The position numbers and the translations under genes were made by a program. Under the pieces are notes generated by a model. It ran no database searches and was not told the DNA's origin. It saw only the letters and a list, made by a program, of their open reading frames with translations. A DNA stretch of 64,000 nucleotides from Balanoglossus misakiensis (taxonomy: Eukaryota > Animalia > Hemichordata). How positions within the stretch are numbered: position 1 is the stretch's first letter; each line of letters opens with the position of its first letter. Shown piece by piece: positions 62,764 to 64,000 of the stretch. Location of the stretch: assembly GCA_040954595.2 (NCBI GenBank), contig CM082583.2:13297864-13361863 (forward strand), written 5' to 3'.

Positions 62764-63871
62764 CTAATATCTTTCATACGGACAAGGTGGTGGATTGACA
62801 TCCATGAAGACATTCAACTCATACATAATTGAGAAGGAGATAATCACACAGTAGCACAAAGTACTAAATACACCCATCTTTTTATCCAGCTTCCAGCCGT
62901 TCACGTGAATGGACACGAATGCAATAACCACAGTCAGCAACAGGACCGCAGAGGTAAACGTGAGACCAGAACTATAAATAGGCACTGGATTCAGGTCTGA
63001 TATTAAACTGCGGATAAACCATAGACAAGCCAGACAGATGAAAATTTCAAAAATGTTGCTGCCAATTATGTTTGATATAGCCATGTCTCCAAGACCTGCA
63101 AAGAAGTAAAAAAAAGAAGTTCAAAGTTAACATCACAATTTGCCAGCAATTGTCTTTGAGTTTATCTCTATACAGTCAAAGTGAAACATTAGAACTTAGC
63201 AAGATTTTCTTACCATCAGCAGCAACAAGAGAGCTAGCCATTGCATCTGGTATACTTGTTCCTGCAGCCAAGAAAGTAATTCCCATCACAGAATCAGGAA
63301 TTCCAAAGGTGTCACCTGACAAAAAGAGACAAATCATTACATTTCAGAATTATAAAAAATGATCAGATCAGGAATGACACATAGAAATATTCTCATCAAG
63401 ATGATGATGATGATGATAATGTTGATGTAATTCATACCACCATCAGTATCATCATTATTGAAATAAATCATGGCACTGTGTCAACTCTATGAAGGGAGAA
63501 AAATAAAAGTTTTAATATATCAAAGAACAGAAAGGTTATGAGGAATATCATTTTTCTGAAAATCTGTCCCCCAGACACATACTACTTGAATTGACATGTT
63601 AATGGCATGAACATACCTATAAGAGCAACCATCCACACCAAGACGTAGGCCACTAATGCAATCCACACAGTGGACATAAGGAATGAGACAAGGAACCACC
63701 ATCGCCATCTCGGCAGACGACAATCTGGTATGGTCAGAAACATCAGGAAAATCAAGGGTAGACCCATGATGTACATGGAATAGCGCACAGCACCTTTTGG
63801 AGGCTTCAGGGCGTGACGACAGTGTTCGTACTTGTCATACGGGTCTGGAGGGCCTTCTTCTTCCCCTGGGA
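62764..63871 (-). CDS. SLC24A: Na+/K+/Ca2+ exchanger (NCKX, SLC24 family), last three exons; 5' part outside the window
   Basis: Exons ~63871-63617 (LTIPDCR...WWFLVSFLMSTVWI), 63315-63214 (GDTFGIPDSVMGITFLAAGTSIPD, alpha-2 repeat) and 63095-62764 (GLGDMAISNIIGSNIFEI...PPPCPYERY*). Phase-1 introns are consistent. Confidence 0.92.
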
Positions 63872-64000
63872 CTGATTCCACACAAAAAACAAACAAAAAG
63901 AAATTGTCAGATTTGCGCATCTTTCATTGTCCACAATCCAATATTGTTCATTGTCATTGGGATTCATCACACTATTACAAACAATATTCTGTACAATTCT

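Overview
Eukaryotic, intron-containing DNA, probably from an invertebrate animal (a marine deuterostome is my guess from gene content and style; not proven). Bases 1-19289 are a very homogeneous 88-bp satellite array that switches orientation at about 1015/1020 and ends abruptly about 300 bp downstream of an alpha-tubulin stop codon. Next come three alpha-tubulin genes (one minus, two plus) whose 3' coding regions appear homogenised by gene conversion; one carries K40T. These are followed by a Golgi-type sulfotransferase, a synaptotagmin lacking most Ca2+ ligands, a FAM151/menorin-like gene, and the 3' end of an SLC24 (NCKX) exchanger. A five-exon gene at 55929-58611 is not shown by the ORF track. 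It encodes a 6-pyruvoyl-tetrahydropterin synthase (PTS) homologue with an intact frame and PTS-like introns, but it lacks all three Zn-binding histidines, so it is a candidate pseudoenzyme. Three 20-24-bp CAYRG...CYRTG hairpin insertions, each flanked by a perfect 7-bp duplication, look like P-type transposon footprints. All gene models were assembled by eye from splice signals and remembered family motifs; no database searches were run.
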